In this document: piece after piece, positions 12,301 through 19,766 of the stretch | How positions within the stretch are numbered: the first letter of the stretch is position 1 | Layout of the letters: every line of letters begins with the position of its first letter | IMG/VR virus record: IMGVR_UViG_3300012952_000044 | Span: 1 to 37,415 of that record | DNA length: 37,415 bases | Source: a virus | Lineage: Duplodnaviria > Caudoviricetes | Direction: 5' to 3' (one strand) | Position numbers and translations under genes: made by a program | The notes under the pieces: model-generated | Seen by the model: the letters and a program-made list of their open reading frames with translations, nothing else | Told to the model about the DNA's origin: nothing | The model's database searches: none

Positions 12301-12720
12301 ATTTCAAATAGAATTGTTAGAGAAAATCTTGCAAATGGTAATTTAGATCTGTCATCAGAATTACTTCCAAAAGGTGGTAAACATTCTGCTTATATTACTA
12401 AGAAGGTTGTTTTAGAAAATACATCTACATCTGTTAAAGTCTTATTTGATGGTATAAGAAATTCATCTAATGAGTTAAGGGTATTTGTTAAAACTAAAAA
12501 AGATTCTGATCCTGGCGATTTTGATGATATGAATTATGTAGAAGTAGATGCTGTTAATTATCCTTTCTCTGAAACCAAGAGTCAATATAGGGCTTTTGAT
12601 TTTGAAATAAAAGATTTAACTGAATTTAAAGAGTTTAGTGTGAAAATTGCAATGATAGGTAATGATCAGAGTGACATTCCTAAGATCAGAAATGTAAGAT
12701 GTTTAGCACTTGCGATTTAG
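6307..12720 (+). CDS. VrlC-like (DUF4815-type) large virion structural protein
   Basis: N-terminal SPYFDDFD..KVLFKPGYSVQTREINTLQSILQNQI, PGADRLKI, LARRTYDESGHY, RFKNGFVVDSF and DPLAQSFFI; follows gp8 as in cyanomyoviruses. Confidence 0.85.
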   Translation: MEVTNLKISPYFDDFDRSKNYQKVLFKPGYSVQTREINTLQSILQNQIDRFGSHVFKDGSVVIPGNLDYSVSYKAVLIQPLINGISVETLRAATFKAGTELTGLTSGVKAEVVNSISATTSEKDTITLYVKYTSGGNISNDVQANEFQNNEVLQNSAGTSVAVTAVQNASAYTGSSATINAGVYFIRGYFVEVATQTIILDQYNNKPSYKVGLQVKESIATTSDDDTLYDNALGTTNYASPGADRLKITATLTKQNLLLTDDANFIELLRLENGEPTVQVNNSLYSELEKNLARRTYDESGHYTIKPFGVKVKEALDDGVNGGIFLPNSKLEDGRTIVDGKPSSSDPTNSINGNDYYAVELSEGKAYVKGFEVVSNRKQYKIVEKPRKTITKENKGFYANIGSYFKLDLSSDSNTKGAAGFGAELDLKAVTGSSMGTAKCLGLIGAGDRLYVADVNIHSQLTLNQTAATTGIVAGDYITGQTSGATAYVKSVSGSTLTIYQVSGTFSTGETLSQSRYTAATLPTITNHALNKLEDIRTITSGTGSNSFLGTILQDTVNLTGASFKIAGTAFTGIGSNFRNELSSLSKIRIGSVDHEVGALGDSGNSNTALTLDASGVNGTYYDVKKYATKLYTSDTGLTSKVYTNPIATTKDYSHYTSGYITNQTADGSGEYTLTVGAGEIIDKDSVFVLGTSVRDSSITVTNPDANFPNIVKISNLTNNAIINVYWKSRIPSSKIKTKEKESYNIFLVSKDKDATNHAYGTRYVDKDISLGKQDVFKIHAIHEALDDSQSTETLFDRLKLNSSLNINVGDLIISGLIRARVISKGSDNLVYVKYISTTKFQSGTNLALSVNVPTNSVAAGIFIRESLYGNFKDITDDFILLKNDTDNFYRPSKIVRKSFAATPSKKLVVVYDYFNHSNLNNDFYSKESYDLTYGDTPLASNYNSYADIIDFRYVIENGTSGSGTIGAPYSDNNTNPLLMDGKSIATSQKFVWPTELISLDYSFYLGRIDNVYLTPDGDIQVVKGADSISPQETEDDSVGLHIATLTLPPYLKDVRDANIKLERNRNYTMKDIGKLETRLSNVEKYSSLNLLENNTVNLNILDGEGRNRFKNGFVVDSFINTDVADLSNPNYTASIDLDNNLARPYPYVTGIGFTYNTTSTTKLTSGETGNTTGYITIPYTETSYITSGYASRVENLQPFEVFTWLGEMEIIPKKDIWYDTVREIKEGQSINLVDSYKFLWDEIGAGAEEWGSWTTSSSSRGGGGTTVNQVRSGQQDVLNSLNFDIESGDTIDKVTDVRFSRSRVISIKTESLKPNTKLHFHIDDVNADNIAYPKLLTGLTNNNGVSFVIGETVEITPIYDDNIVRPQVITGIRATVQNPNVFTNLTPTSDFTNAYTGSTNSLAIDSIRSLDDSDINPGEIGVKFRIKGLSSGAIAESLTHQTLKSNETGILESFVLLPSRTFETGDLTFSLADDVNNVKILGLSGSYASSNYYTQGTSLEVSSTITSIEVPEVTTIAVNDSRSFFVPDPPPPRRNRDPLAQSFFISDKGGVFVSSIDLFFYSKDTTAPVTIEIRTVENGVPSDIVVPSGKATVPADSVVISDDASKSTRFTFKKPVYLTDKNDYVFVIKSISKSYNIWVSRLGEKDISTGFVIDKQPAIGVLFKSANDKTWISDQYEDIKFTLNRCKFTTDTSYTAILNNKPIPLSSLPNNPFTLTNNSSVINVKHPNHGMHSVGDKVTFSNIVSDTLNAKLSSSLTVNATDILLQDVSGNDFVPSTTRWWWSMDNQNISETNLGYVKIGDEIISYTGFSTSVPATLTGCVRGVLDTTASTHSKDDVVQCYQLNGIPLQQLNTTHTITAVINMDEYQVTTTTKANSNLQTGGNKVLGSRNIAYQSIEPKFKSFVPIETTANFTIDSLTGKSIGNATQIPYTIKTNETIDNNVENILNEPKLIASATSITANTSLTSLSGTLNTNIEFSTTNDRLSPIIDLEGSSIVTISNRIVRENLANGNLDLSSELLPKGGKHSAYITKKVVLENTSTSVKVLFDGIRNSSNELRVFVKTKKDSDPGDFDDMNYVEVDAVNYPFSETKSQYRAFDFEIKDLTEFKEFSVKIAMIGNDQSDIPKIRNVRCLALAI

Positions 12721-12721
12721 T

Positions 12722-12943
12722 ATGAAAAAGATGAAAGTTGAAGGACATCCTAATTTAACGAGGGATACTTCTTCTAAAGCAATCATAAACAATAACACTG
12801 ATGATTACAATGCTTATATGAAGTCATATAAGCATAGACTGTCTGAAAAAGACAGATTATCTTCCGTAGAGTCTGATCTACATTCGTTAAAAACTGAGAT
12901 CAACGAGATCAAAAATTTGTTAATCAACCTAAATAACCATTAG
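12722..12943 (+). CDS. Small hypothetical protein with coiled-coil C-terminus
   Basis: KVEGHPNLTRD..AIIN motif. The ATG at 12722 just after the VrlC stop is more likely than the TTG at 12710. Heptad-like C-terminus. Confidence 0.7.
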   Translation: MKKMKVEGHPNLTRDTSSKAIINNNTDDYNAYMKSYKHRLSEKDRLSSVESDLHSLKTEINEIKNLLINLNNH

Positions 12944-12945
12944 GT

Positions 12946-12953
12946 TATAAATA
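12946..12953 (+). promoter_or_regulatory. Perfect T4 late promoter TATAAATA
   Basis: Exact consensus, with an overlapping ATAAATA (12951-12957) and a CTAAATA at 12929. Confidence 0.7.
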
Positions 12954-12973
12954 AATATAAGCGATAAACCCGT

Positions 12974-13294
12974 ATGGCCGCACAACATAATCTCTATATT
13001 GATCAAGGAGCAGATTTCTCCGCTGAAATTGGAATCTATGATGATTTCAATGCACTCTGGGATTTGACTGGCTATTCAGGTGCAGCTAAAATGAAAAAAT
13101 CTCATTATAGTTCAACCTCTCATAATTTCACAGTTTCCATTGGTACTGGTAAAGTGACTCTTGCTATGACTGCTGCTACAACTGCAGCAATCGAATCAGG
13201 CAGATACCTTTATGATGTCGTTATTACAGCCGCTGGTGGTACTAAAACGAGAGTGATTGAAGGTCTTGTAACAATCAACCCAGGCGTAACATGA
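12974..13294 (+). CDS. Small virion structural protein (BppU-N/Ig-like fold candidate)
   Basis: NLYIDQGADFS..DLTGY..GRYLYDVVI..TRVIEGLVTINPGVT pattern. Confidence 0.7.
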   Translation: MAAQHNLYIDQGADFSAEIGIYDDFNALWDLTGYSGAAKMKKSHYSSTSHNFTVSIGTGKVTLAMTAATTAAIESGRYLYDVVITAAGGTKTRVIEGLVTINPGVT

Positions 13295-13497
13295 ATACAA
13301 AAGTTACTGTATCAAATCGACCTAAAGTACTAACTGTTTCTTCAGCTGGTGTTACTGGTTTAGGTAACCTTACAGACGTTAATGTTGCTGGTGCCGCTGA
13401 TGGCGCTGTGCTACAATATGATGCAACCTCTGCTTCTTGGAAGGCTGAAAATGTTGTCGAGAAAGCAGGTCTTATTATAACAGGTGGTAATTTCTAA
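13291..13497 (+). CDS. Small fibre-associated hypothetical protein
   Basis: LGNLTDVN..DGAVLQYDATSASW fibre-type motif; ATGA overlap with the upstream gene; ends GGNF. Confidence 0.65.
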   Translation: MNTKVTVSNRPKVLTVSSAGVTGLGNLTDVNVAGAADGAVLQYDATSASWKAENVVEKAGLIITGGNF

Positions 13498-13517
13498 ATC
13501 CAATCAGGTATTAACAA

Positions 13518-15542
13518 ATGGCAACTAGAATAAAAATTAAAAGGTCGAGCGCAAACCCAACCGCTACACCGTCATCGGTACTGGGCCAAGGTGAACTTGC
13601 CTACGCTGAAGGTACTGCTACGTATGCAGATGCTGCTGGTGGATCAGTTACATCGTATGGTAAACTGTTTGTTGGTAAAGGATCTGAAACATCTGGGGTT
13701 GCTGCTGGACTTGATATTATCGGGGGTAAATATTTCACTGATCTATTAGATCATCAACATGGTACTCTTTTCAATAACTCTGCATTAATTCCTGACTCAG
13801 CAGGAAAACTCAATAGAGTTAATGTAAATCATATAAGAATAGAAACTGATACAATATCAACAACAACATCCAATCAAAGTTTGAATTTTGATACGGATGG
13901 TACTGGAGACTATGTTTTTAAAGGTGCTGCTACAGTAGGAACTAACGAGTTTAAAATTTCAGATGGGTCAACCGATAGATTTGTAGTTGATTCATTCTCT
14001 GGTGCTGTTGATATAACAACACCTGCATTAAGTGCTGCGGATACAGTTTTAAATATTGCAAGTACTTGGAATAATGGTAGTAATAAATTTGATGCTATAA
14101 AGGTAAACGTAACTAATACTGCATCAGCTAACACTTCCCTGTTAATGGATTTACAGGTAGGTGGTGCAAGCAAATTTAAAGTTGGTTTAGATGGAACAGT
14201 AACCCTGCCTGGAGATGGAAGTATTGGTGGGGATCTTGTTCTCACTGGTGACCTTGCAGTAAATGGTGGAGATATTACTACTACTGCTGCAACATTCAAT
14301 CTATTAGAAGCAAATGCTACTACAGTAAATGCATTTGGTGCTGCTACTGTGATTGATATCGGTGCAACTTCAGGAACCGCTACAATCAACAACCCAACTG
14401 TAGTTGGTACTCAGACAACACAAAATCTTTGGAATACAGTTGCAACCACAGTTAATGCTTTTGGTGCAGCAAACATTATTAACATGGGTACTAATGTTAC
14501 GACATTAGACCTTGGTTATATCAGAATTAAAGGAAATACAATTTCTACTGATAGTAACTCTGCAACAGAACTAATCATTGACCCATTCCCAGATTCTGGA
14601 GATGCTGGTGGTGATGTTATCATTCGTGGTAACCTTCAAGTAGCTGGTACTACAACAACAGTTAACTCGACTGAAATGTCAGTTAACGACCCATTATTCA
14701 CTGTTGGTGATAGTGTAAGTTCTAAGACTGTACAGTCTGCTGCATCATCTGGACAGAATACTCTAGTAATTGATAATCCATCTTCTATTGTTGAAGGTGC
14801 AACTATTACAGCAGGAAGTGGACTTGCAGGTGGTACAACAATTTCTAATGTTCGTATTGAGTGGAATGTAGGTAGTAACCCACTAACATCTAACCCAAGT
14901 GCTGGTGCTAACATCTATTTCTTTGATGGTACTTCATTCTCACTACTTGGTACATATGTTAGTAAGACTGCATCTAGTGTAACCATTGACCTTGCAGCAA
15001 ATATTTCTACATCTTCTGATGATTTCTATAATGGTAATAGTTTAACAACTCAGTCATCTGGTACTCCAACAACTGCTCAGAAAGCTGCTATTACAAAAGT
15101 AGATACAAAGGTATTCAAGACAACTACACTTACTTTAAGTGCAAACACAAACGGAAGTCTTGCTGTTGGTGATAAGGTAACAATTGCACAGGCGACTGAT
15201 GATAACCTAGACCGTGGTATTGTTTATAAGACTCTTATAGGTAATGCTGCTAAGACTGGTTTCTTTGGATATGATGATAGTACAACTTATTTCACATTCA
15301 TTGCTGATGCAACTAACAATGCAGGTGTAATTGGTGGATCTGCTAGTAAGGCACAGTTCAATACTGTTAAGATTGATACTGGTGTCAATAAAGGTGTTGC
15401 TTATTATAATAGTGATCTTGAATTAACAAGAACAGTTGCTGCAGGTACATCTGACATTACTACATCACATAAGATGTTAACATCTAATGGTGCAACTGGG
15501 GAACCAATCTGGACAACCACAGTTGATGGCGGAACATATTGA
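13518..15542 (+). CDS. Tail-fibre-like structural protein
   Basis: N-terminal IKIKRS..LGQGELAY (Mtd/hyaluronidase-N-like), GNLQVAGTTTTVNST motif, internal TTVNAFGAA repeats, C-terminal VDGGTY. Confidence 0.7.
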   Translation: MATRIKIKRSSANPTATPSSVLGQGELAYAEGTATYADAAGGSVTSYGKLFVGKGSETSGVAAGLDIIGGKYFTDLLDHQHGTLFNNSALIPDSAGKLNRVNVNHIRIETDTISTTTSNQSLNFDTDGTGDYVFKGAATVGTNEFKISDGSTDRFVVDSFSGAVDITTPALSAADTVLNIASTWNNGSNKFDAIKVNVTNTASANTSLLMDLQVGGASKFKVGLDGTVTLPGDGSIGGDLVLTGDLAVNGGDITTTAATFNLLEANATTVNAFGAATVIDIGATSGTATINNPTVVGTQTTQNLWNTVATTVNAFGAANIINMGTNVTTLDLGYIRIKGNTISTDSNSATELIIDPFPDSGDAGGDVIIRGNLQVAGTTTTVNSTEMSVNDPLFTVGDSVSSKTVQSAASSGQNTLVIDNPSSIVEGATITAGSGLAGGTTISNVRIEWNVGSNPLTSNPSAGANIYFFDGTSFSLLGTYVSKTASSVTIDLAANISTSSDDFYNGNSLTTQSSGTPTTAQKAAITKVDTKVFKTTTLTLSANTNGSLAVGDKVTIAQATDDNLDRGIVYKTLIGNAAKTGFFGYDDSTTYFTFIADATNNAGVIGGSASKAQFNTVKIDTGVNKGVAYYNSDLELTRTVAAGTSDITTSHKMLTSNGATGEPIWTTTVDGGTY

Positions 15543-15548
15543 TAAATA
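15542..15548 (+). promoter_or_regulatory. Late promoter core ATAAATA
   Basis: Overlaps the fibre stop codon, upstream of the small ORF and gp13. Confidence 0.55.
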
Positions 15549-15568
15549 ATTGAAATGATGGAGTAATT

Positions 15569-15763
15569 ATGAATCCAACTGAAGCGACAAATTTGATCCA
15601 AGTAATGAACAATAGAATTAATCAACTGACACAACAAAATTTATTACTTGAAGCAAAAGTTTTAGAATTGACTTCTAAACTAGAACAAGAAGACGATTTT
15701 GAAAATGAGAAACCATTAGAAAAAACACGTAATGGCAAAACCAGCAACAAGAGCACAACTTAA
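15569..15763 (+). CDS. Small coiled-coil hypothetical protein
   Basis: GGAG RBS upstream; heptad pattern; overlaps the gp13 start by 32 nt. Confidence 0.6.
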   Translation: MNPTEATNLIQVMNNRINQLTQQNLLLEAKVLELTSKLEQEDDFENEKPLEKTRNGKTSNKSTT

Positions 15764-16559
15764 AGAATATTGTTTAAGAAAACTTGGTAAACCTGTCATC
15801 GAGATTAATGTTGATGATGACCAAGTAGAAGATCTTATTGACGATACCATTCAACTCTTTAATGAAAGGGTATATGATGGTATTGAAAGAATGTACTTGA
15901 AATACAAGTTCACTGAAGATGACCTTGTTAATGGTAGATCGAGAAATCTTACTACGACAAAAACAGATAATAATTTAGGTGCATCTCCTGGCACTAGAAC
16001 TTTAAGTTTTGAAGAAGGAAGAGGATATTTAACAGTACCAGATCATATAATTGGTATAGTAGGTGTTGCACCTATTGCTAATACATATGTTAATAGTATG
16101 TTTGGATTCAGATATCAGTTCTTTTTGAATGATTTCTATAATTTTTATGCATATGACATTTTGAATCTAGAAATGACTATGCAGTATATTGAAACACTAG
16201 AATTTTTAATAGAAGGTAAGAAGCCGTTAAGATATAATAAAGTACAAAATAGATTATATTTAGATTTAGATTGGAACAGAGTTGCAGATAATGACTATGT
16301 TCTTATTGATTGTTATAGAGCATTAGATCCAAATACATATACTAAAATATATAATGAACTGTTTGTTAAAAAATATTTAACTTCATTGATTAAGAGACAA
16401 TGGGGTCAAAATTTAATGAAATTTACTGGTATTAAGATGCCTGGCGGAGTTGAATTTAATGGTAGACAGATATATGATGATGCACAGGGAGAAATCGAAA
16501 AGATTGAAGGTGAAATGCTGTCTAAGTATGAGACCGCTCCACTTGATTTCGTAGGATGA
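15732..16559 (+). CDS. g13: Neck protein gp13
   Basis: LKEYCLRKLGKPVIEINVDDDQ, KRQWGQNLMKF..MPGGVEFNG. Confidence 0.93.
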   Translation: MAKPATRAQLKEYCLRKLGKPVIEINVDDDQVEDLIDDTIQLFNERVYDGIERMYLKYKFTEDDLVNGRSRNLTTTKTDNNLGASPGTRTLSFEEGRGYLTVPDHIIGIVGVAPIANTYVNSMFGFRYQFFLNDFYNFYAYDILNLEMTMQYIETLEFLIEGKKPLRYNKVQNRLYLDLDWNRVADNDYVLIDCYRALDPNTYTKIYNELFVKKYLTSLIKRQWGQNLMKFTGIKMPGGVEFNGRQIYDDAQGEIEKIEGEMLSKYETAPLDFVG

Positions 16560-16560
16560 T

Positions 16561-18039
16561 ATGGCAAAGAACGTATACTTTTCTGGTGGTACTACTACAG
16601 AACAGACATTATATGAAGACTTAATTATAGAGTCTTTAAAAATATATGGTCATGATGTTTACTATCTTCCTAGAGAGATAGTAAAAGAAGATGATCTATT
16701 TGGAGAGGATGTTCTTTCTAAGTTTGATGAGAATTATATGATAGAGATGTATGTCTCTAATTATGAAGGGTTTGAAGGTGATGGAACCCTGATGACTAAG
16801 TTTGGTGTAAGAATTACTGATGAAGCGACATTTGTTATTGCTAAGAGAAGATGGGAAGATTTAATAGCAGCATCAAATAATTTAGTATCTTCATTTAGAC
16901 CAAATGAAGGAGATGTAATATATTTCCCATTGACAGGACAATTATTCCAGATTAAGTTTGTAGAACATGAAAAACCATTCAGAATGTTGAATGATATTCA
17001 GACATATAATTTAGTCACTGAAGTTATGGAATACACTGGTGAGAGACTTGAGACTGGTGTTGAAGAGATTGATGATATTACTAGAGATATTGGTTACAGT
17101 CTAACACTTAAGTTAACTGATGGTCTTAAGGATGTCATTGTTACAGCAGCTGGTAGTGGTTATACTGCTGGATCTGCTGTTACATTTAGTGGTGGTGGAG
17201 GATCTAATGCTGTTGCAGGTGCAACTATAAGTTCTGGTAGTGTTACTGGTGTTAAAATAGCAGAGCCAGGTCAAGGTTATACTTCTGCACCATCTGTTGC
17301 AATTTCTGGTGGTACTGGTGCTATAGCAATAGCACGTATTGGTGGTCGTGGAAATTTTGTAACTGGTGAGATAGTAAATTCACAAATTAATACAGCTCAA
17401 GGTACTGCTAATAAGGTTGGAACTAGTGTTGCATCTGTTACTATTAATAGAGGTGGTAGTGGATATACATCTGCTCCTGCTATAATAATTGGTAAACAAT
17501 GGTTGAGTGGAACTTCTTATTCTACAGGAGATCAAGTATTTAATCTTACTAAAATCTATACTGCCGTTGGTAACGGTGTATCTGGTGTAACTGCACCTAC
17601 ACATGCTAGTGGTAATGTAACTGATGGTGGTGTAACTTGGACTGCGGCTGGAACTAAAGCAACTGCTACATCAGTATTAACTAATGGTGTAGTTACTGGT
17701 GTAAATATGACAGAAACAGGAACTGGATATACATCTGCTCCTAGATTAACATTTGCTGCATCTCCTACAGAGACTGGAGTTGGTAAAGTTACTAGATATG
17801 ATGTTACCAATAAGGAATTAGAACTTATTAATGTTACTGGTTCATTTGCCGATAATGATACTGTAGTGGGTCAAACAAGTGGAGCTGAATGGACTATAAA
17901 TACGTTTAGTACAATAGAAAACGAAAACGATCCAATTGCTGACAATACCTTCTTTGAAACTGAGGGAGATTCTATTATTGATTGGACAGAGGGTAATCCT
18001 TTTGGTGAGTTTGGAAACGATTCTGACGGAGTATTTTAA
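16561..18039 (+). CDS. g14: Neck protein gp14 with inserted accessory domains
   Basis: EQTLYEDLIIESLKIYGHDVYYLPR, RPNEGDVIYFP, FVEHEKPF, C-terminal EGNPFG. Confidence 0.92.
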   Translation: MAKNVYFSGGTTTEQTLYEDLIIESLKIYGHDVYYLPREIVKEDDLFGEDVLSKFDENYMIEMYVSNYEGFEGDGTLMTKFGVRITDEATFVIAKRRWEDLIAASNNLVSSFRPNEGDVIYFPLTGQLFQIKFVEHEKPFRMLNDIQTYNLVTEVMEYTGERLETGVEEIDDITRDIGYSLTLKLTDGLKDVIVTAAGSGYTAGSAVTFSGGGGSNAVAGATISSGSVTGVKIAEPGQGYTSAPSVAISGGTGAIAIARIGGRGNFVTGEIVNSQINTAQGTANKVGTSVASVTINRGGSGYTSAPAIIIGKQWLSGTSYSTGDQVFNLTKIYTAVGNGVSGVTAPTHASGNVTDGGVTWTAAGTKATATSVLTNGVVTGVNMTETGTGYTSAPRLTFAASPTETGVGKVTRYDVTNKELELINVTGSFADNDTVVGQTSGAEWTINTFSTIENENDPIADNTFFETEGDSIIDWTEGNPFGEFGNDSDGVF

Positions 18040-19103
18040 TGTTAGGTACACACTTTTATCACGAAATTATACGTAAAACCATTATTGGATTTGGTACATT
18101 ATTCAATAATATAGAATTACGGCGTACAGATAATGCTGGAAATATTGTACAAACAGTTAAAGTACCTTTAGCTTATGGCCCTAGAGAGAAATTTCTTGCA
18201 AGATTAGAAACAGAACCAAGACTAGAAGGTAGAGCAGAAGTAGGAATTCAATTACCAAGAATTTCATTTGAAATGAAAGGTGTTCAATATGATTCTACTC
18301 GTAAGATGAGTCCTATTAATATTTGTACTAAAGAAAAGAGTGGAGATGTTAAAGGTGTATATAAACAATATGCTCCAGTACCATATAATGTAGATTTTGA
18401 GTTGAATATTATTAGTAAAAATAATGATGAATCGGTACAGATATTAGAACAGATACTTCCATATTTTCAACCAGCATTTAATATTTCATTAAAATTAGTA
18501 ACTCAGACAGGTGAAACTAAGGATGTTCCTATAGTATTACAGAATGTTGGTATAGATGATCAATATGAAGGAGATATGTCTACAAGAAGAGCATTAATAC
18601 ATACTCTTAATTTTGTAGCAAAAACTTATCTATACGGCCCAGTTAGTACATCTAAGGTTATTAAGGAAGTTAATGTTGATATTGGTACAGCTATTAACCA
18701 AGCATCACGTTATGTAAGATACAGTGCAACACCAGCCGCTCAACAAGATTATACTGCTGATGGATCTGCTATAGCACCTGCTGCTGTTAATGTTAATGCA
18801 AATACTATTACATTAAATAATCACGGATTTGTTACTGGTGACTTTGTTACATATAGAGCAGACGTTAATGGTACAGCATTTGGTGGTTTGACTAATCTGG
18901 AAGAATATTATATCATTAAGATTAATGAGAATAGTTTCAGACTTGCTACAACTAAATATCACGCATCTATAAGTCGTGCTGTTGATATAACTGGACAAGG
19001 TACTGGTGCTGATCATAAGTTCTCTATTATTAATACATTAGATGATGCATTAGTAGAACCAGATGATAACTTCGGATTTAATGAAACTTGGACTGATTTA
19101 TGA
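18039..19103 (+). CDS. g15: Tail sheath stabilizer/terminator gp15 with a C-terminal inserted domain
   Basis: FYHEIIRKTIIGFGTLFNNI, VPLAYGPREKFLARL, QILEQILPYFQP, KTYLYGPV. Confidence 0.92.
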   Translation: MLGTHFYHEIIRKTIIGFGTLFNNIELRRTDNAGNIVQTVKVPLAYGPREKFLARLETEPRLEGRAEVGIQLPRISFEMKGVQYDSTRKMSPINICTKEKSGDVKGVYKQYAPVPYNVDFELNIISKNNDESVQILEQILPYFQPAFNISLKLVTQTGETKDVPIVLQNVGIDDQYEGDMSTRRALIHTLNFVAKTYLYGPVSTSKVIKEVNVDIGTAINQASRYVRYSATPAAQQDYTADGSAIAPAAVNVNANTITLNNHGFVTGDFVTYRADVNGTAFGGLTNLEEYYIIKINENSFRLATTKYHASISRAVDITGQGTGADHKFSIINTLDDALVEPDDNFGFNETWTDL

Positions 19104-19504
19104 CCTTTGATAAACTAGATAAAACTTTTGATATAGATTCTGCTATTGAAAAGGTTGAAGATACATCCACTGAAATCAAAAAACTTTCTGACAACAAGGA
19201 TCTACAGAATGATTATGAGTATTCTCGTGGTCAGTTATATAACCTTGTAGAAAAGGGTCAGGAAGCAATTAATGGTATTCTTGATGTTGCACAGAATTCA
19301 GATCATCCTAGAGCGTATGAGGTTGCAGGCAATTTGATTAAAAACGTTGCTGATATAACAGATAAATTGGTTGATCTCCAAGGTAAGATGAAGGATATAA
19401 ATCAAGAGAAAAAACAGACCACAAACAATGTCACAAATGCTATGTTTGTAGGTAGTACTTCTGAACTACAGAAGATGCTTAAAGAAATGGGAAAAGATAA
19501 ATAG
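19100..19504 (+). CDS. g16: Terminase small subunit gp16
   Basis: DYEYSRGQLYNLVEKGQEA, HPRAYEVAG, FVGSTSELQKML. Confidence 0.93.
   Translation: MTFDKLDKTFDIDSAIEKVEDTSTEIKKLSDNKDLQNDYEYSRGQLYNLVEKGQEAINGILDVAQNSDHPRAYEVAGNLIKNVADITDKLVDLQGKMKDINQEKKQTTNNVTNAMFVGSTSELQKMLKEMGKDK
19497..19503 (+). promoter_or_regulatory. Late promoter core ATAAATA at the end of gp16
   Basis: Motif overlaps the gp16 stop codon. Confidence 0.5.
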
Positions 19505-19576
19505 TTAATACCTAAATCAACAACTTGCATCCTCTACAAAAGCAGGGAGGTTTGGGAGAAGCATTTTAAAACGTAA

Positions 19577-19735
19577 ATGGATAAGATCCAAAACGAACTT
19601 AAAGAGGTTCAAAAGAAACTTGACGATATTAGTAAAAAACAAGAAATGATGAATAAATTATATCAATTAGAAAGAGATAAAAAAGCTAAGATGGGAGAAC
19701 GCCCATCGACACATTTACACAATGAAATGATGTAA
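19577..19735 (+). CDS. 52-aa coiled-coil hypothetical protein (not in the ORF track)
   Basis: Manually translated as MDKIQNELKEVQKKLDDISKKQEMMNKLYQLERDKKAKMGERPSTHLHNEMM; fills the gp16-gp17 gap. Confidence 0.6.
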   Translation: MDKIQNELKEVQKKLDDISKKQEMMNKLYQLERDKKAKMGERPSTHLHNEMM

Positions 19736-19736
19736 T

Positions 19737-19743
19737 CTAAATA
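19737..19743 (+). promoter_or_regulatory. Late promoter core CTAAATA upstream of gp17
   Basis: Variant core in the intergenic gap. Confidence 0.5.
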
Positions 19744-19766
19744 GTTTTATACTATGGTAATTAATT

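Noticed and set aside
19502-19579. gp16 TAG is in frame with a 23-codon open stretch and then the 52-aa ORF (possible readthrough or recoding)
   Set aside because: A TAA intervenes at 19574, and TAG ends other conserved genes at their expected lengths, so there is no evidence for recoding.
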